A DNA stretch of 35,560 bases from Candidatus Woesearchaeota archaeon (GTDB lineage: Archaea > Nanobdellota > Nanobdellia > Pacearchaeales > GW2011-AR1): NCBI GenBank assembly GCA_964498295.1, contig CAZCGJ010000003.1, positions 1 through 35,560 on the forward strand, given 5' to 3'. The position numbers were made by a program, and so were the translations under genes. Within the stretch, counting starts at the first letter, position 1, and each line of letters starts with the position of its first letter. Below are positions 17,570 to 26,644 of the stretch, in pieces. The notes below the pieces were generated by a model. That model ran no database searches. It saw only the letters and a list, made by a program, of their open reading frames with translations, and was not told the DNA's origin.

Positions 17570-18769
17570 ATGATAAATCCAGAAAATATCCCTTGGTGTG
17601 AAAAATATAGAGTTAGTTGTTTTAAAGATGTTAAAGGCCAAGAAATGGCAATAGATAAAGTAAAACAATTCCTTAGCAGTTTTCCTAAGAAAAAATCCAT
17701 TACATTGCACGGACCACCCGGAATTGGTAAAACTTCTCTAGCCTATGCAATTGCATTCGAATACGATGCTGAAATTTTAGAAATGAATGCTTCTGATTTA
17801 AGAAATAAAGAAAAAGTTGCAGGAATAATAGGGCCAGCATCTCAACAAAGAAGTTTATTCAAAAAAAGTAAAATAATTTTAGTAGATGAGGTAGACGGAA
17901 TCTCAACAAGAGATAGGGGCGGATTAACTGAATTATTGGCCTTAATAGAAAAATCATCTTTCCCAATAATTATAACAGCAAATGATATTTGGCAACAGAA
18001 GTTTAATTTACTTAGACAAAAAAGCGAACTAGTACAACTAAAAGAAATTGATTACAAAGACGTTTTACAATTAATGAAAGAAATATGCATCAAAGAAAAC
18101 ATTTTCGTTTCAAATGATGTATTGACTTCTATTTCAATAAAGGCGAGAGGAGATATAAGAGCAGCACTCAATGACTTACAAGTAATCTCACAAATGGATG
18201 AGAAAACAGTGATTAAAGAAGTTGGAGAAAGAAATAAAGAACTCTCTGTATTTAATGCTCTGCAATATGTTTTCAAGAATGCACAATTAGACACAAAGAT
18301 GCTTACAATATACGACGAAGTAAATCTAAGTGTAGATGAAATATTCTTATGGATTGAAGAAAATATACCTTACGAATATAGAGGAATAGAGCTAGCAAAA
18401 GCATATGATGCACTTTCTAAAGCAGATGTTTTCAGAGGAAGAATTTACCGGCAACAACATTGGAGATTCCTAGTTTATGAAAATTTCTTTTTAGGTGCTG
18501 GAATCGCTGCTTCTAAAAAATATAATCGAACCGGTTGGACAAACTACAAAAAACCTTCAAGAGTTCTAAAAATTTGGCTACAAAATCAAAGAGCTGCAAA
18601 AAAGAAAACAATCTGTGAAAAATATGCAAAACATTGCCATACTTCTATAAAAGAAGCCATGAAAGATTTCCTTTTATTAAAACAAATTATAAATAACACT
18701 CAAATAATCAAAGAACTAAAACTTACAGACGAAGAAGTCGAATTCTTACAGAAACCAACTCTAGTGTAA
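17570..18769 (+). CDS. rfcL: Replication factor C large subunit
   Basis: PWCEKYR, GPPGIGKT, EMNASD, VDEVDG, GDIRAALNDLQ, WIEENIP, LSKADVF.GRI. Confidence 0.95.
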   Translation: MINPENIPWCEKYRVSCFKDVKGQEMAIDKVKQFLSSFPKKKSITLHGPPGIGKTSLAYAIAFEYDAEILEMNASDLRNKEKVAGIIGPASQQRSLFKKSKIILVDEVDGISTRDRGGLTELLALIEKSSFPIIITANDIWQQKFNLLRQKSELVQLKEIDYKDVLQLMKEICIKENIFVSNDVLTSISIKARGDIRAALNDLQVISQMDEKTVIKEVGERNKELSVFNALQYVFKNAQLDTKMLTIYDEVNLSVDEIFLWIEENIPYEYRGIELAKAYDALSKADVFRGRIYRQQHWRFLVYENFFLGAGIAASKKYNRTGWTNYKKPSRVLKIWLQNQRAAKKKTICEKYAKHCHTSIKEAMKDFLLLKQIINNTQIIKELKLTDEEVEFLQKPTLV

Positions 18770-18770
18770 A

Positions 18771-19202
18771 ATGAAAGGTTTGACTGAATTTCTTTTAGAA
18801 GAAGTTTTCTTAGCCGATCAGAAACCAAAAAAACCACAGAAAGAAGATAAAAGAGCGTATGATTCTTTTAGTGAAAAAGAACATAATAAAAGAGTATTAA
18901 GACTAGCAGAATATCTTCTGAAAATAGGAGAATTTGATACTGCTTACCCCTTTCTACACTATAATGAAAGAGGAATATGTGGAGAAGTAGATTTGCTTGT
19001 TGAGAATAAAGATGAACAAGCATGGTTTGAAATAAAGTATAGATTCACCTCAAGCGGATTTAAGAAAGCAGCAATCCAATATAAGAATTATTTACTAGCC
19101 TTTCCAGAATTCAAAGGAAGAGCATATTATGTAAGTTGTGATGGAGTAGCCATAGAAATTTCAAACCCTGAAACATTAAAACAATTCAATTTACAAAAAT
19201 AA
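18771..19202 (+). CDS. PD-(D/E)XK nuclease-fold protein
   Basis: GEVDLL...WFEIK plus QYKNY (QxxxY) motif. Confidence 0.65.
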   Translation: MKGLTEFLLEEVFLADQKPKKPQKEDKRAYDSFSEKEHNKRVLRLAEYLLKIGEFDTAYPFLHYNERGICGEVDLLVENKDEQAWFEIKYRFTSSGFKKAAIQYKNYLLAFPEFKGRAYYVSCDGVAIEISNPETLKQFNLQK

Positions 19203-19217
19203 AGATTAAATATCTAT

Positions 19218-20192
19218 TTAGCAATTTCCAGCAGCAGCTGCAGCAGTAGAATCTAAAGTACTTGAACAAGTAGAAGGTGCATTATTGAAAGCTCCACAAA
19301 CTGCAGACTTATATGCTTCAGCACTTCTTCCTGCATTGGAGATTACTCCATTGATTGTTACAGTAGGAGAACCACTTACGCCTGCTTGTTGCGCCTTAGC
19401 AGAAGCAGCACTTGCTAAAGAATCGCCATCTTTACTTACACAAGACATTATGCTTGCTGAATCAATTCCTACAGCCTTCATAACCTTTGTAGATTCTAAC
19501 TTATCACATAACTCAGTCTTATTGGAAGAGCATTTTGGATAAACATCAGTTACAAACTTAGCAGCATAAGACCAGTATTTATCTTTAGCTAATTTTTGTA
19601 TACATAATTGTATCTCATTCTGTTGAGTCTCAAAAGCGCCATGACCATCATAGTAAGGAACAATTTCAAAGTCAGCACTTGCCTTTAATAATTGTGCAAC
19701 TTGAGCCATAGGTCCTTGTGCTTGAACACCATACGGGCAATATCCCCAAACATATAATTCTACTTTAGGTTTATCAGATTTAGGAACTTCTGTTGAAGCA
19801 GGAGTATCAGTTGTTGAATCAGAACTCTTAAGAGAAGAAGTAGCAATCATTTGACCTATATAGTCCCCATCTTTAGAAACAGCAAATGTACCTTCTTGAG
19901 ATTGAACTGTAAAATTAACAAAATAAAAATCACCTTTAGATGAAACGGATGTTACATTAACATAAGCCTCAGGAACACCATAAGCAGAAACTAAAAAACC
20001 AACAACTTCCTTTCCAGCTTGAGCCTTAGATATATTAGTAAACGCGCTAAAAGAAACCATAGCCAAAAGAACAATTGCTAAAACAACAGAAGCAACCATC
20101 CAATAATTTAACTTAGAAAAATCAAACTTCTTTTTCGATTCTTTGGACTCATCAGACATAGTCGAATCTTTGTGCTCTTTTTTCTTAACCAT
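19218..20192 (-). CDS. Membrane-anchored thioredoxin-fold (DsbA-like) protein
   Basis: N-terminal TM helix; KSDKPKVELYVWGYCPYG; GVSGSPT (cis-Pro loop). Confidence 0.75.
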   Translation of the reverse strand: MVKKKEHKDSTMSDESKESKKKFDFSKLNYWMVASVVLAIVLLAMVSFSAFTNISKAQAGKEVVGFLVSAYGVPEAYVNVTSVSSKGDFYFVNFTVQSQEGTFAVSKDGDYIGQMIATSSLKSSDSTTDTPASTEVPKSDKPKVELYVWGYCPYGVQAQGPMAQVAQLLKASADFEIVPYYDGHGAFETQQNEIQLCIQKLAKDKYWSYAAKFVTDVYPKCSSNKTELCDKLESTKVMKAVGIDSASIMSCVSKDGDSLASAASAKAQQAGVSGSPTVTINGVISNAGRSAEAYKSAVCGAFNNAPSTCSSTLDSTAAAAAGNC

Positions 20193-20237
20193 TGAAAAAC
20201 TTTATTTTCAATACTTTATAAATCTTTGTTTAGAGCG

Positions 20238-20669
20238 TTAATACTTTCTAGATCTAGCCATATCGTCGAGCTTTAGAAGAACCATCTCAAAAGATTTTTT
20301 CACTCCGCTTGATCTTTGTTCTGAAACAATACTCTCAACATCACCCCTGTTAGCTAAATATATTGGCTTCCCACTAGTCATATGTTGTTCGAAAGCCATT
20401 CCCAAATCAAATTTAGTTCCTTGGCTCTTTTTTGTCCAATACACAGAAATAGTTTTTGACTCGCCCATAGCTCGATTATTATCTTGACAAATCCTGTAAC
20501 CGCCCGTTTCATCTATTTGCTTTGTGTCTCTCGCAGGATAATAAATATTCCAACCCAAAGCAGAGTGTTCTTCGACATATCTTTCCAAAAAAGCCAAATC
20601 TGACTCATCCGCCTCCCTCACAGTACAAATAAGAAATTCATCGTGCACATATTTTCTCTTTCTAGCCAT
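20238..20669 (-). CDS. Nucleoside 2-deoxyribosyltransferase / dNMP N-glycosidase-like protein
   Basis: FLICTVR, YYPARDT.Q, ICQDN..AM, SQGTKFDLGMAF (S.GT..E.G motif with Asp in place of Glu). Confidence 0.6.
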   Translation of the reverse strand: MARKRKYVHDEFLICTVREADESDLAFLERYVEEHSALGWNIYYPARDTKQIDETGGYRICQDNNRAMGESKTISVYWTKKSQGTKFDLGMAFEQHMTSGKPIYLANRGDVESIVSEQRSSGVKKSFEMVLLKLDDMARSRKY

Positions 20670-20826
20670 AAGAAAAATAATTTATTCCACTTTAAATAAA
20701 TATATTTACTAGATAATATAATATTTTTATCTTTCTCAAGTGAATCGCTTTTTAAACGAATTTGCTTTTCAAAATATACTTTCAAGAAAAATTTTGTTTA
20801 TATAGAAAAAGAATATATAGAGAGAT

Positions 20827-22590
20827 ATGGAAGGAATAAAAGAAGAGGTTACGGGACAAATTCAAGATGGACAACTTTTGCCAGGATTTAGTGGAATAGG
20901 TTCTTTCAGAGGAAGAAGATTTGCAGACCTTTCAGCAGATGAACAAACAATAACTTCTTATTTTTTTACAAATCCTGATTCAAACGTTTATGCAGCAAGT
21001 GATGCACTACCTAATGAATTATGGGCACAAGCAATGGGTCAATATGCAAGAAGTAATTTAACAGCCAAAGAAAGATTAATTCAGTTATTTAATGACATGC
21101 CGAAAAAAAATCCACAAGCAAAATCATTAGGAGAAATTGCCACTACAATAAGAAGCGGAAGAGAAGTAGAACATGCATTAAAACAGTATATAAAAATGGC
21201 AGGAGAGTTCATTGAAGAATGGGGAATAAACTATGGACATGCCTCACTAAGAGATTCCGCACCAATAAGAATATGTTTTGAAGGAGTAAGTCAAAGAGCA
21301 ACCAAATTTTTAGAATCTGCAAGAGAAGGCGCTTACCAAGAACAATCAACCAGAGCACTTCCATTTAATCTAACGAATATGGCAATTCCATTCGAAGTAA
21401 GAGGAACTAAATTTGAAGATAGATTCAAAGTAGTAGGAGCAAATCTTGTTGCATTATATGAAGAAGTAAGAGAAAGAGCAACAAACTATCTAAACTCAAC
21501 TTATGCCGAATTAAGAGTAGATGCAGACAAAAAATTACAAGAAGCAACTGGAGATCCAACAAAAAAATTATCTGACAGAGAATGGAATAAAGCAGTAGGT
21601 GACAAAGCATTTGATATTGCAAGATCGCTTATTCCTCAAAATTTTACAACATCTTTAGGTATGACTCTTAATGCAAGAAGATTCCAAGACCAGCTAACAG
21701 AATGGCAATCATCAGAACTAGCAGAAGTTCGACTTTTAGGAAAAGCAGCACAGATAGAAGTCATGAAACTATCTCCTTCTTTAATGAAGTATGGAAATCC
21801 AAGCGAATTTTATGCAGACCTGCCCCAAAGAGGAAGAGCACTTTCTGAAGATTATGCTCCTGCAAAAAACAGCGCATATCAAAATCAAGAAGTTAGATCA
21901 GTTTTGATTTCTGCAACAGAAGGATTAGAAGATTTAGTTCTTGCAAGTATTTTATTAAAAGAAGATGAAAGCGGAGCTCCCTTTTCAGAACTAGTTAAAT
22001 CAGTAAAAAAGCTGAGTACTGAAGAAAGAAGAAGGATTGCTGAAAGTCAATACAAAGGTAAAAAATCTTTTGAAATAAATTCAAAAACAACAGAAGTTGG
22101 AAGTTTTACATTTGAAAGAACATATGATATTGGAGGATACCGAGATTTACAAAGACAAAGAGGAGACAGGCAACAAACCTCACCATATAGCACTAATATC
22201 GGATTTCATATGCCTGAAGAGATTTTTGAACTAGGAGAGGATCTACCACCAAGATATTTTAAAGCAATGGAAGAAGTTCGAAAACTCCATGATGATTTAA
22301 AGGGAGAAGGATTACACTCTGCAGCACAATATGCTCCCGTAATGGCAAATCTAATAACGCACGTAGTTACTTTAGATCCAAATCAATTATTCTATCAGGC
22401 AAAATTAAGAGCACAGGCAGCAGGTGCAGATTCCTATAGAACAATTGCATTGCAAGAAATACAACAAGGTCTTGCTAAAATGCCAGCATTTAACGGACTA
22501 ATAGAGTATGACGGCACTTTTTACTATCCATTGAACAGATTACCAGAAGCAGTCAACGGAATAATAAAAAAAGCACAGGAGAAAAAATAA
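20827..22590 (+). CDS. thyX: Tandem-domain flavin-dependent thymidylate synthase (ThyX-like)
   Basis: YGHASL, EGVSQRA, YQEQSTR, AFDIARSLIP..TSLGMTLNAR, YRDLQRQR, YAPVM, KLRAQ; immediately upstream of tmk. Confidence 0.78.
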   Translation: MEGIKEEVTGQIQDGQLLPGFSGIGSFRGRRFADLSADEQTITSYFFTNPDSNVYAASDALPNELWAQAMGQYARSNLTAKERLIQLFNDMPKKNPQAKSLGEIATTIRSGREVEHALKQYIKMAGEFIEEWGINYGHASLRDSAPIRICFEGVSQRATKFLESAREGAYQEQSTRALPFNLTNMAIPFEVRGTKFEDRFKVVGANLVALYEEVRERATNYLNSTYAELRVDADKKLQEATGDPTKKLSDREWNKAVGDKAFDIARSLIPQNFTTSLGMTLNARRFQDQLTEWQSSELAEVRLLGKAAQIEVMKLSPSLMKYGNPSEFYADLPQRGRALSEDYAPAKNSAYQNQEVRSVLISATEGLEDLVLASILLKEDESGAPFSELVKSVKKLSTEERRRIAESQYKGKKSFEINSKTTEVGSFTFERTYDIGGYRDLQRQRGDRQQTSPYSTNIGFHMPEEIFELGEDLPPRYFKAMEEVRKLHDDLKGEGLHSAAQYAPVMANLITHVVTLDPNQLFYQAKLRAQAAGADSYRTIALQEIQQGLAKMPAFNGLIEYDGTFYYPLNRLPEAVNGIIKKAQEKK

Positions 22591-22591
22591 A

Positions 22592-23239
22592 ATGACACGG
22601 GGAAAATTAATAACATTCGAAGGACCGGAAGCCGGAGGAAAGTCAACACAAATAAAATATCTTAAGAGCCAACTAGAAACGATAGGCTATGAAATCTTAC
22701 AAACAAGAGAACCCGGAGGAACACGAGTTGGAGAGGCAATAAGAGGAATACTGCAGCACGATGCCGCAGGAGAAGCACCCGCACCTGCTTGTGAAACTTT
22801 ATTGTACGAAGCTGCAAGAGCACAAATAATGAAAAAAATAGTCAATCCTGCGCTATCAAAGGGAGTATACGTTTTATTAGATAGATTTTATGATTCAACG
22901 ACCGCCTATCAAGGATATGGGAGAGGATTTGATATAGACAAAATAAAAGCTCTCAATATGTTTGCAACAGGAGGAATAAAGCCGGATTTAACATTATTAT
23001 TAGACTTGCCAGTAGAAGAAGGATTTGCAAGACTAACAAAAAGAAATTTAGAAACAGGAGCTAAAGCAGATAGAATAGAATTAGAAGAAAGAGAATTTCA
23101 TGAAAGATTAAGAAAGGGGTATCTAGAAATTGCTGCATCCGAACCTGAAAGAGTAAAAATTATTGATGCAATGCAAACACCAGAAAAAGTTGCCGAAGAC
23201 ATTTGGAACACATATTTGACTAAGTTCCATCCGAAATAA
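22592..23239 (+). CDS. tmk: Thymidylate kinase
   Basis: FEGPEAGGKSTQ, TREPGGT, LDRFYDSTTAYQG, PDLTLLLD, DRIE. Confidence 0.96.
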   Translation: MTRGKLITFEGPEAGGKSTQIKYLKSQLETIGYEILQTREPGGTRVGEAIRGILQHDAAGEAPAPACETLLYEAARAQIMKKIVNPALSKGVYVLLDRFYDSTTAYQGYGRGFDIDKIKALNMFATGGIKPDLTLLLDLPVEEGFARLTKRNLETGAKADRIELEEREFHERLRKGYLEIAASEPERVKIIDAMQTPEKVAEDIWNTYLTKFHPK

Positions 23240-23305
23240 ACCCTAACATTCACAAAAAGTGGTAACACAGATTTAAATACTCAATCCGTTTCCATACATC
23301 AAATA

Positions 23306-23353
23306 ACACAACGTATAGTGTTTTAGGTTATAGAAAACCACAATATATTGTGT
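23306..23353 (+). promoter_or_regulatory. Tandem NrdR boxes
   Basis: ACACAACGTATAGTGT (23306-23321) and CCACAATATATTGTGT (23338-23353) match acaCwAtATaTwGtgt at 14/16 and 15/16; 32-bp spacing; TATA box TTTAAATA at 23272. Confidence 0.85.
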
Positions 23354-23379
23354 CGACGAGCAATCGTCGAAAACTCAAA

Positions 23380-23823
23380 ATGCAATGCCCTTACTGTCAA
23401 AACGAGGAAACGAAAGTTAACGACAAGAGAGATAGTGAAGGAATGACAAGAAGAAGACGTGAATGTCTAAAATGTGAAAAAAGATTCACAACTTATGAAA
23501 GAGTTGAAATGGATCTAAGTGTCATAAAAAAAGATGGAAGACGTGAAAAATTTAATCCCGAAAAAATAAATCACGGCTTAAACAAAGCATTTGAAAAAAG
23601 ACCATTCACTTCAGAACAAATTGAAGAAATCGCAAGTGAAATTGAAGCAAAAATATACAGAACAGCAAAAGACAAAGATATCACAACCGCAAAAGTCGGT
23701 GAGATTATCATGGACAAGCTGAAGAAAACAGACAAGATCGCATACATCAGATTCGCGAGTGTTTACAGAGAATTCGCAGATATTGATGATTTCAAAAAAG
23801 AATTACAGGATTTAAAAAAATAA
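23380..23823 (+). CDS. nrdR: Transcriptional repressor NrdR
   Basis: MQCPYC..TKVNDKR..RRRRECLKCEKRFTTYER Zn ribbon plus ATP cone, AYIRFASVYREF. Start is ATG 23380, not GTG 23350, which lies inside the operator. Confidence 0.95.
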   Translation: MQCPYCQNEETKVNDKRDSEGMTRRRRECLKCEKRFTTYERVEMDLSVIKKDGRREKFNPEKINHGLNKAFEKRPFTSEQIEEIASEIEAKIYRTAKDKDITTAKVGEIIMDKLKKTDKIAYIRFASVYREFADIDDFKKELQDLKK

Positions 23824-23824
23824 G

Positions 23825-25849
23825 ATGGTAACAAAAGTTAGAAAACGAGATGGAAGTGTTGTTCAGTTCCAACAAGAAAAGGTAGCTGAAGCAATATGGA
23901 AAGCAGCAAGAGCAGTCGGCGGGCAAGACAAAACAAAAGCAGACCATGTTGCACAATTAGTTACTGATGAATTAACTAGCAAATATGGAACAGAAGGAAT
24001 TCCAAGTGTTGAAGAAGTTCAAGATACAGTAGAAAAAATATTAATCAAAGAAGGACATGATCAAACTGCAAAAGCATATATTCTTTACAGAAAATCACAC
24101 GAAGAATTAAGAAATGTTAAAGGGTTATTTGACACAATTGAAGCTGTTGAAGATTATATTGGATTAAATGATTGGATGATTAAAGAAAATTCCAACATGG
24201 GTTATTCTTTACAAGGATTAAATAATTATATTGTAGAAAAAATTATCAAAAATTATTGGTTAAGAAGAGTTTACCCAGAAGCAATAAGAAAAGCACATGA
24301 GAATGGAGATATTCATGTACACGATCTAGGAACATTAGGAGCTTATTGTGTTGGATGGGACTTAAAAGATGTATTGACAGTAGGTTTCACAGGAGTTTCT
24401 GGAAAAGTACAATCAAAACCTGCAAAACATTTGCGAACAGCATTAGGCCATGTAGTTAATTTCTTTTACACATTGCAAGGAGAAACAGCAGGAGCTCAAG
24501 CATTCTCAAACTTCGATTCGTTACTTGCACCATTCATAAGATATGACAAGTTAGATTATGCACAAGTAAAACAAGCAATGCAGGAATTTGTTTTCAACTT
24601 AGCAGTTCCAACAAGAGTAGGATTCCAAACACCATTCACAAATGTAACAATGGATTTGAAAGTTCCTAGTTACATGGCAGATGAACCAGTAATTATTGGA
24701 GGAGTTCCACAAAAAGAAACATACAAAGAATTCCAAGCTGAAATGGACATGTTTAACAGAGCTTTCGCAGAAACTATGATTGAAGGAGACGCTGCTGGAA
24801 GAATATTTACTTTCCCGATCCCAACATATAATATAACAAAAGATTTCGATTGGGAAAATCAAAACCATAATTTAATCTGGGAAATGACAGCAAAATACGG
24901 TATCCCTTATTTCTCTAATTTCGTAAATTCAGATATGAAACCAGAAGATGCACGTTCCATGTGTTGCAGATTGAGATTAGATCAAACAGAATTAAGAAAA
25001 AGAGGCGGAGGATTATTTGGCGCAAACCCTCAAACAGGTTCTATAGGCGTAGTCACAATTAATATGCCTAGACTAGGTTTCACCTCTATAGATGAAAACG
25101 ATTTCATGAGAAAATTAGAATATCTTATGGAACTAGCTAAAGAAAGTTTAGAAATAAAAAGAAAATCAATTGAACAACTTACTGAAGCAGGATTGTATCC
25201 CTATTCTAAGTATTACTTAAGACACGTTAAAGAAAGATACAACCAATATTGGAAAAATCATTTTGCAACAATAGGTCTGTTAGGTATGAACGAAGCAATT
25301 ATTAATTTCATGGCTGGAGAAAATATCACAACACCTAAAGGAAAAGAATTTGCAGAAAGAGTTTTAGATTTAATGAGAAAAAAATTAGAAGAATATCAAA
25401 AAGAAACAGGAAATATATATAATTTAGAAGCAACTCCCGGAGAAGGAACAACCTATAGATTTGCAAGAATGGATAAAAATAGATTTGGTAGAATTATTGT
25501 AGCAAATGAAGACTCTGTTAAAATTGGTGCAAAACCATATTATACAAACTCAACACAATTACCAGTAAAATATACCCCTGACATTTTTGAAGCGCTTAAT
25601 TTACAAGATGCACTTCAATGTAAATACACTGGCGGAACAGTATTCCATGGTTTTATCGGAGAAAAAATCTCTCCAGAAATGGTTAAAGAATTAGTAAGAA
25701 AAATATCTGCAAAATATCACTTGCCTTACTTTACAATTACTCCAACTTTTTCCATCTGTCCGATACACGGATATTTGGCAGGAGAGCACGAGTTCTGTCC
25801 AAAGTGCGACGAAGAACTAGCTAAAGAAAAAGAACAGAGTAGTAAGTAA
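23825..25849 (+). CDS. nrdD: Class III anaerobic ribonucleoside-triphosphate reductase, catalytic part lacking the glycyl-radical motif
   Basis: ATP cone (VRKRDG), HVHDL, AYCVGW, FTFPIPT, SMCCRL finger loop, YNLEATPGE, YTGGTVFH, CPIHGY..CPKC; ends before RxxGY. Confidence 0.95.
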   Translation: MVTKVRKRDGSVVQFQQEKVAEAIWKAARAVGGQDKTKADHVAQLVTDELTSKYGTEGIPSVEEVQDTVEKILIKEGHDQTAKAYILYRKSHEELRNVKGLFDTIEAVEDYIGLNDWMIKENSNMGYSLQGLNNYIVEKIIKNYWLRRVYPEAIRKAHENGDIHVHDLGTLGAYCVGWDLKDVLTVGFTGVSGKVQSKPAKHLRTALGHVVNFFYTLQGETAGAQAFSNFDSLLAPFIRYDKLDYAQVKQAMQEFVFNLAVPTRVGFQTPFTNVTMDLKVPSYMADEPVIIGGVPQKETYKEFQAEMDMFNRAFAETMIEGDAAGRIFTFPIPTYNITKDFDWENQNHNLIWEMTAKYGIPYFSNFVNSDMKPEDARSMCCRLRLDQTELRKRGGGLFGANPQTGSIGVVTINMPRLGFTSIDENDFMRKLEYLMELAKESLEIKRKSIEQLTEAGLYPYSKYYLRHVKERYNQYWKNHFATIGLLGMNEAIINFMAGENITTPKGKEFAERVLDLMRKKLEEYQKETGNIYNLEATPGEGTTYRFARMDKNRFGRIIVANEDSVKIGAKPYYTNSTQLPVKYTPDIFEALNLQDALQCKYTGGTVFHGFIGEKISPEMVKELVRKISAKYHLPYFTITPTFSICPIHGYLAGEHEFCPKCDEELAKEKEQSSK

Positions 25850-25869
25850 AAAGAGGAAAAGGAGGTTGA

Positions 25870-25989
25870 ATGGCACAAAGAACTAAATGCGAAGTATATT
25901 CCAGAGTATGCGGATACATCAGACCAGTCGCACAATGGAATGAAGGCAAGGCAGAAGAATTTAAGGATAGAGTAACCTTCTCTTGCTAA
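25870..25989 (+). CDS. Stand-alone 39-aa NrdD glycyl-radical peptide
   Basis: Below ORF-track cutoff. MAQRTKCEVYSRVCGYIRPVAQWNEGKAEEFKDRVTFSC; GGAGGT SD at 25861-25866. Confidence 0.92.
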   Translation: MAQRTKCEVYSRVCGYIRPVAQWNEGKAEEFKDRVTFSC

Positions 25990-26005
25990 AGACAGAATTT
26001 ATTTT

Positions 26006-26039
26006 GCTCATATATTTTTTGATGAGCTTTTTTATTTTT
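26006..26039 (+). terminator. Putative terminator of the nrdR-nrdD transcript
   Basis: GCTCAT-N10-ATGAGC hairpin followed by TTTTTTATTTTT. Confidence 0.45.
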
Positions 26040-26075
26040 AGATAACTTTAAGAAATTATAGTATAAAGAATTAAT

Positions 26076-26642
26076 ATGAAAGAAATTGAAGTACTTGTCC
26101 AAGTTTTAGATTCTAAAGAAAAAACCCTTAATGTATTGAGTAAATTCAAATTGATAGGAATAAAAGAAACAAAAGACATATATTTTTTTGATGAGTCTAA
26201 AGATACTCTTCAAATGAAAAAAGAAAAATATCCTACTAAGTGGTTTAGAATTAGAAAAAAAGGAGAAAAAAATTATATAACATATAAAGAAGACATTTTT
26301 GACGGCAAAGGAAATTGGCTTCATTCACACGAGCACGAAACAGAAATAAAAGATTTTGAAGTGATTCATCAAATAATAAAAAAATTAGGATTCAAACAGC
26401 TAATAGAAATAGATAATAAAAAACACATTTATGAAAATGAAGAATACGAAATTGTCTTTGAAGAAGTAGAAAATCTAGGCTATTTCCTAGAAGTTGAAAA
26501 AAGAAATACAACAGAAAAAAGTGATACTGAAAAAATAAGAAAAGAAATTAAAGAATTTCTTAAAAATCTTAATTTGGAAATAAGTGAAGAAGTAGGTATT
26601 GGAAAACCAGAACTGATGTTAAGAAAGATAAAAGTTAAATAA
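26076..26642 (+). CDS. CYTH-family protein (class IV adenylate cyclase/CyaB-like triphosphatase)
   Basis: EIEV, DIYF, WFRIRK, YITYK, EHET, FEEVENLGYFLEVE. Confidence 0.85.
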   Translation: MKEIEVLVQVLDSKEKTLNVLSKFKLIGIKETKDIYFFDESKDTLQMKKEKYPTKWFRIRKKGEKNYITYKEDIFDGKGNWLHSHEHETEIKDFEVIHQIIKKLGFKQLIEIDNKKHIYENEEYEIVFEEVENLGYFLEVEKRNTTEKSDTEKIRKEIKEFLKNLNLEISEEVGIGKPELMLRKIKVK

Positions 26643-26644
26643 AA

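Noticed and set aside
16241-25849. Inteins in rfcS or nrdD, which are common hosts
   Set aside because: Protein lengths are normal and there are no intein terminal motifs
25840-25875. Programmed frameshift, readthrough or pseudogene explanation for nrdD
   Set aside because: Readthrough gives the wrong frame, the downstream frame has TGA right before its ATG, and a strong SD and intact motifs support a separate gene
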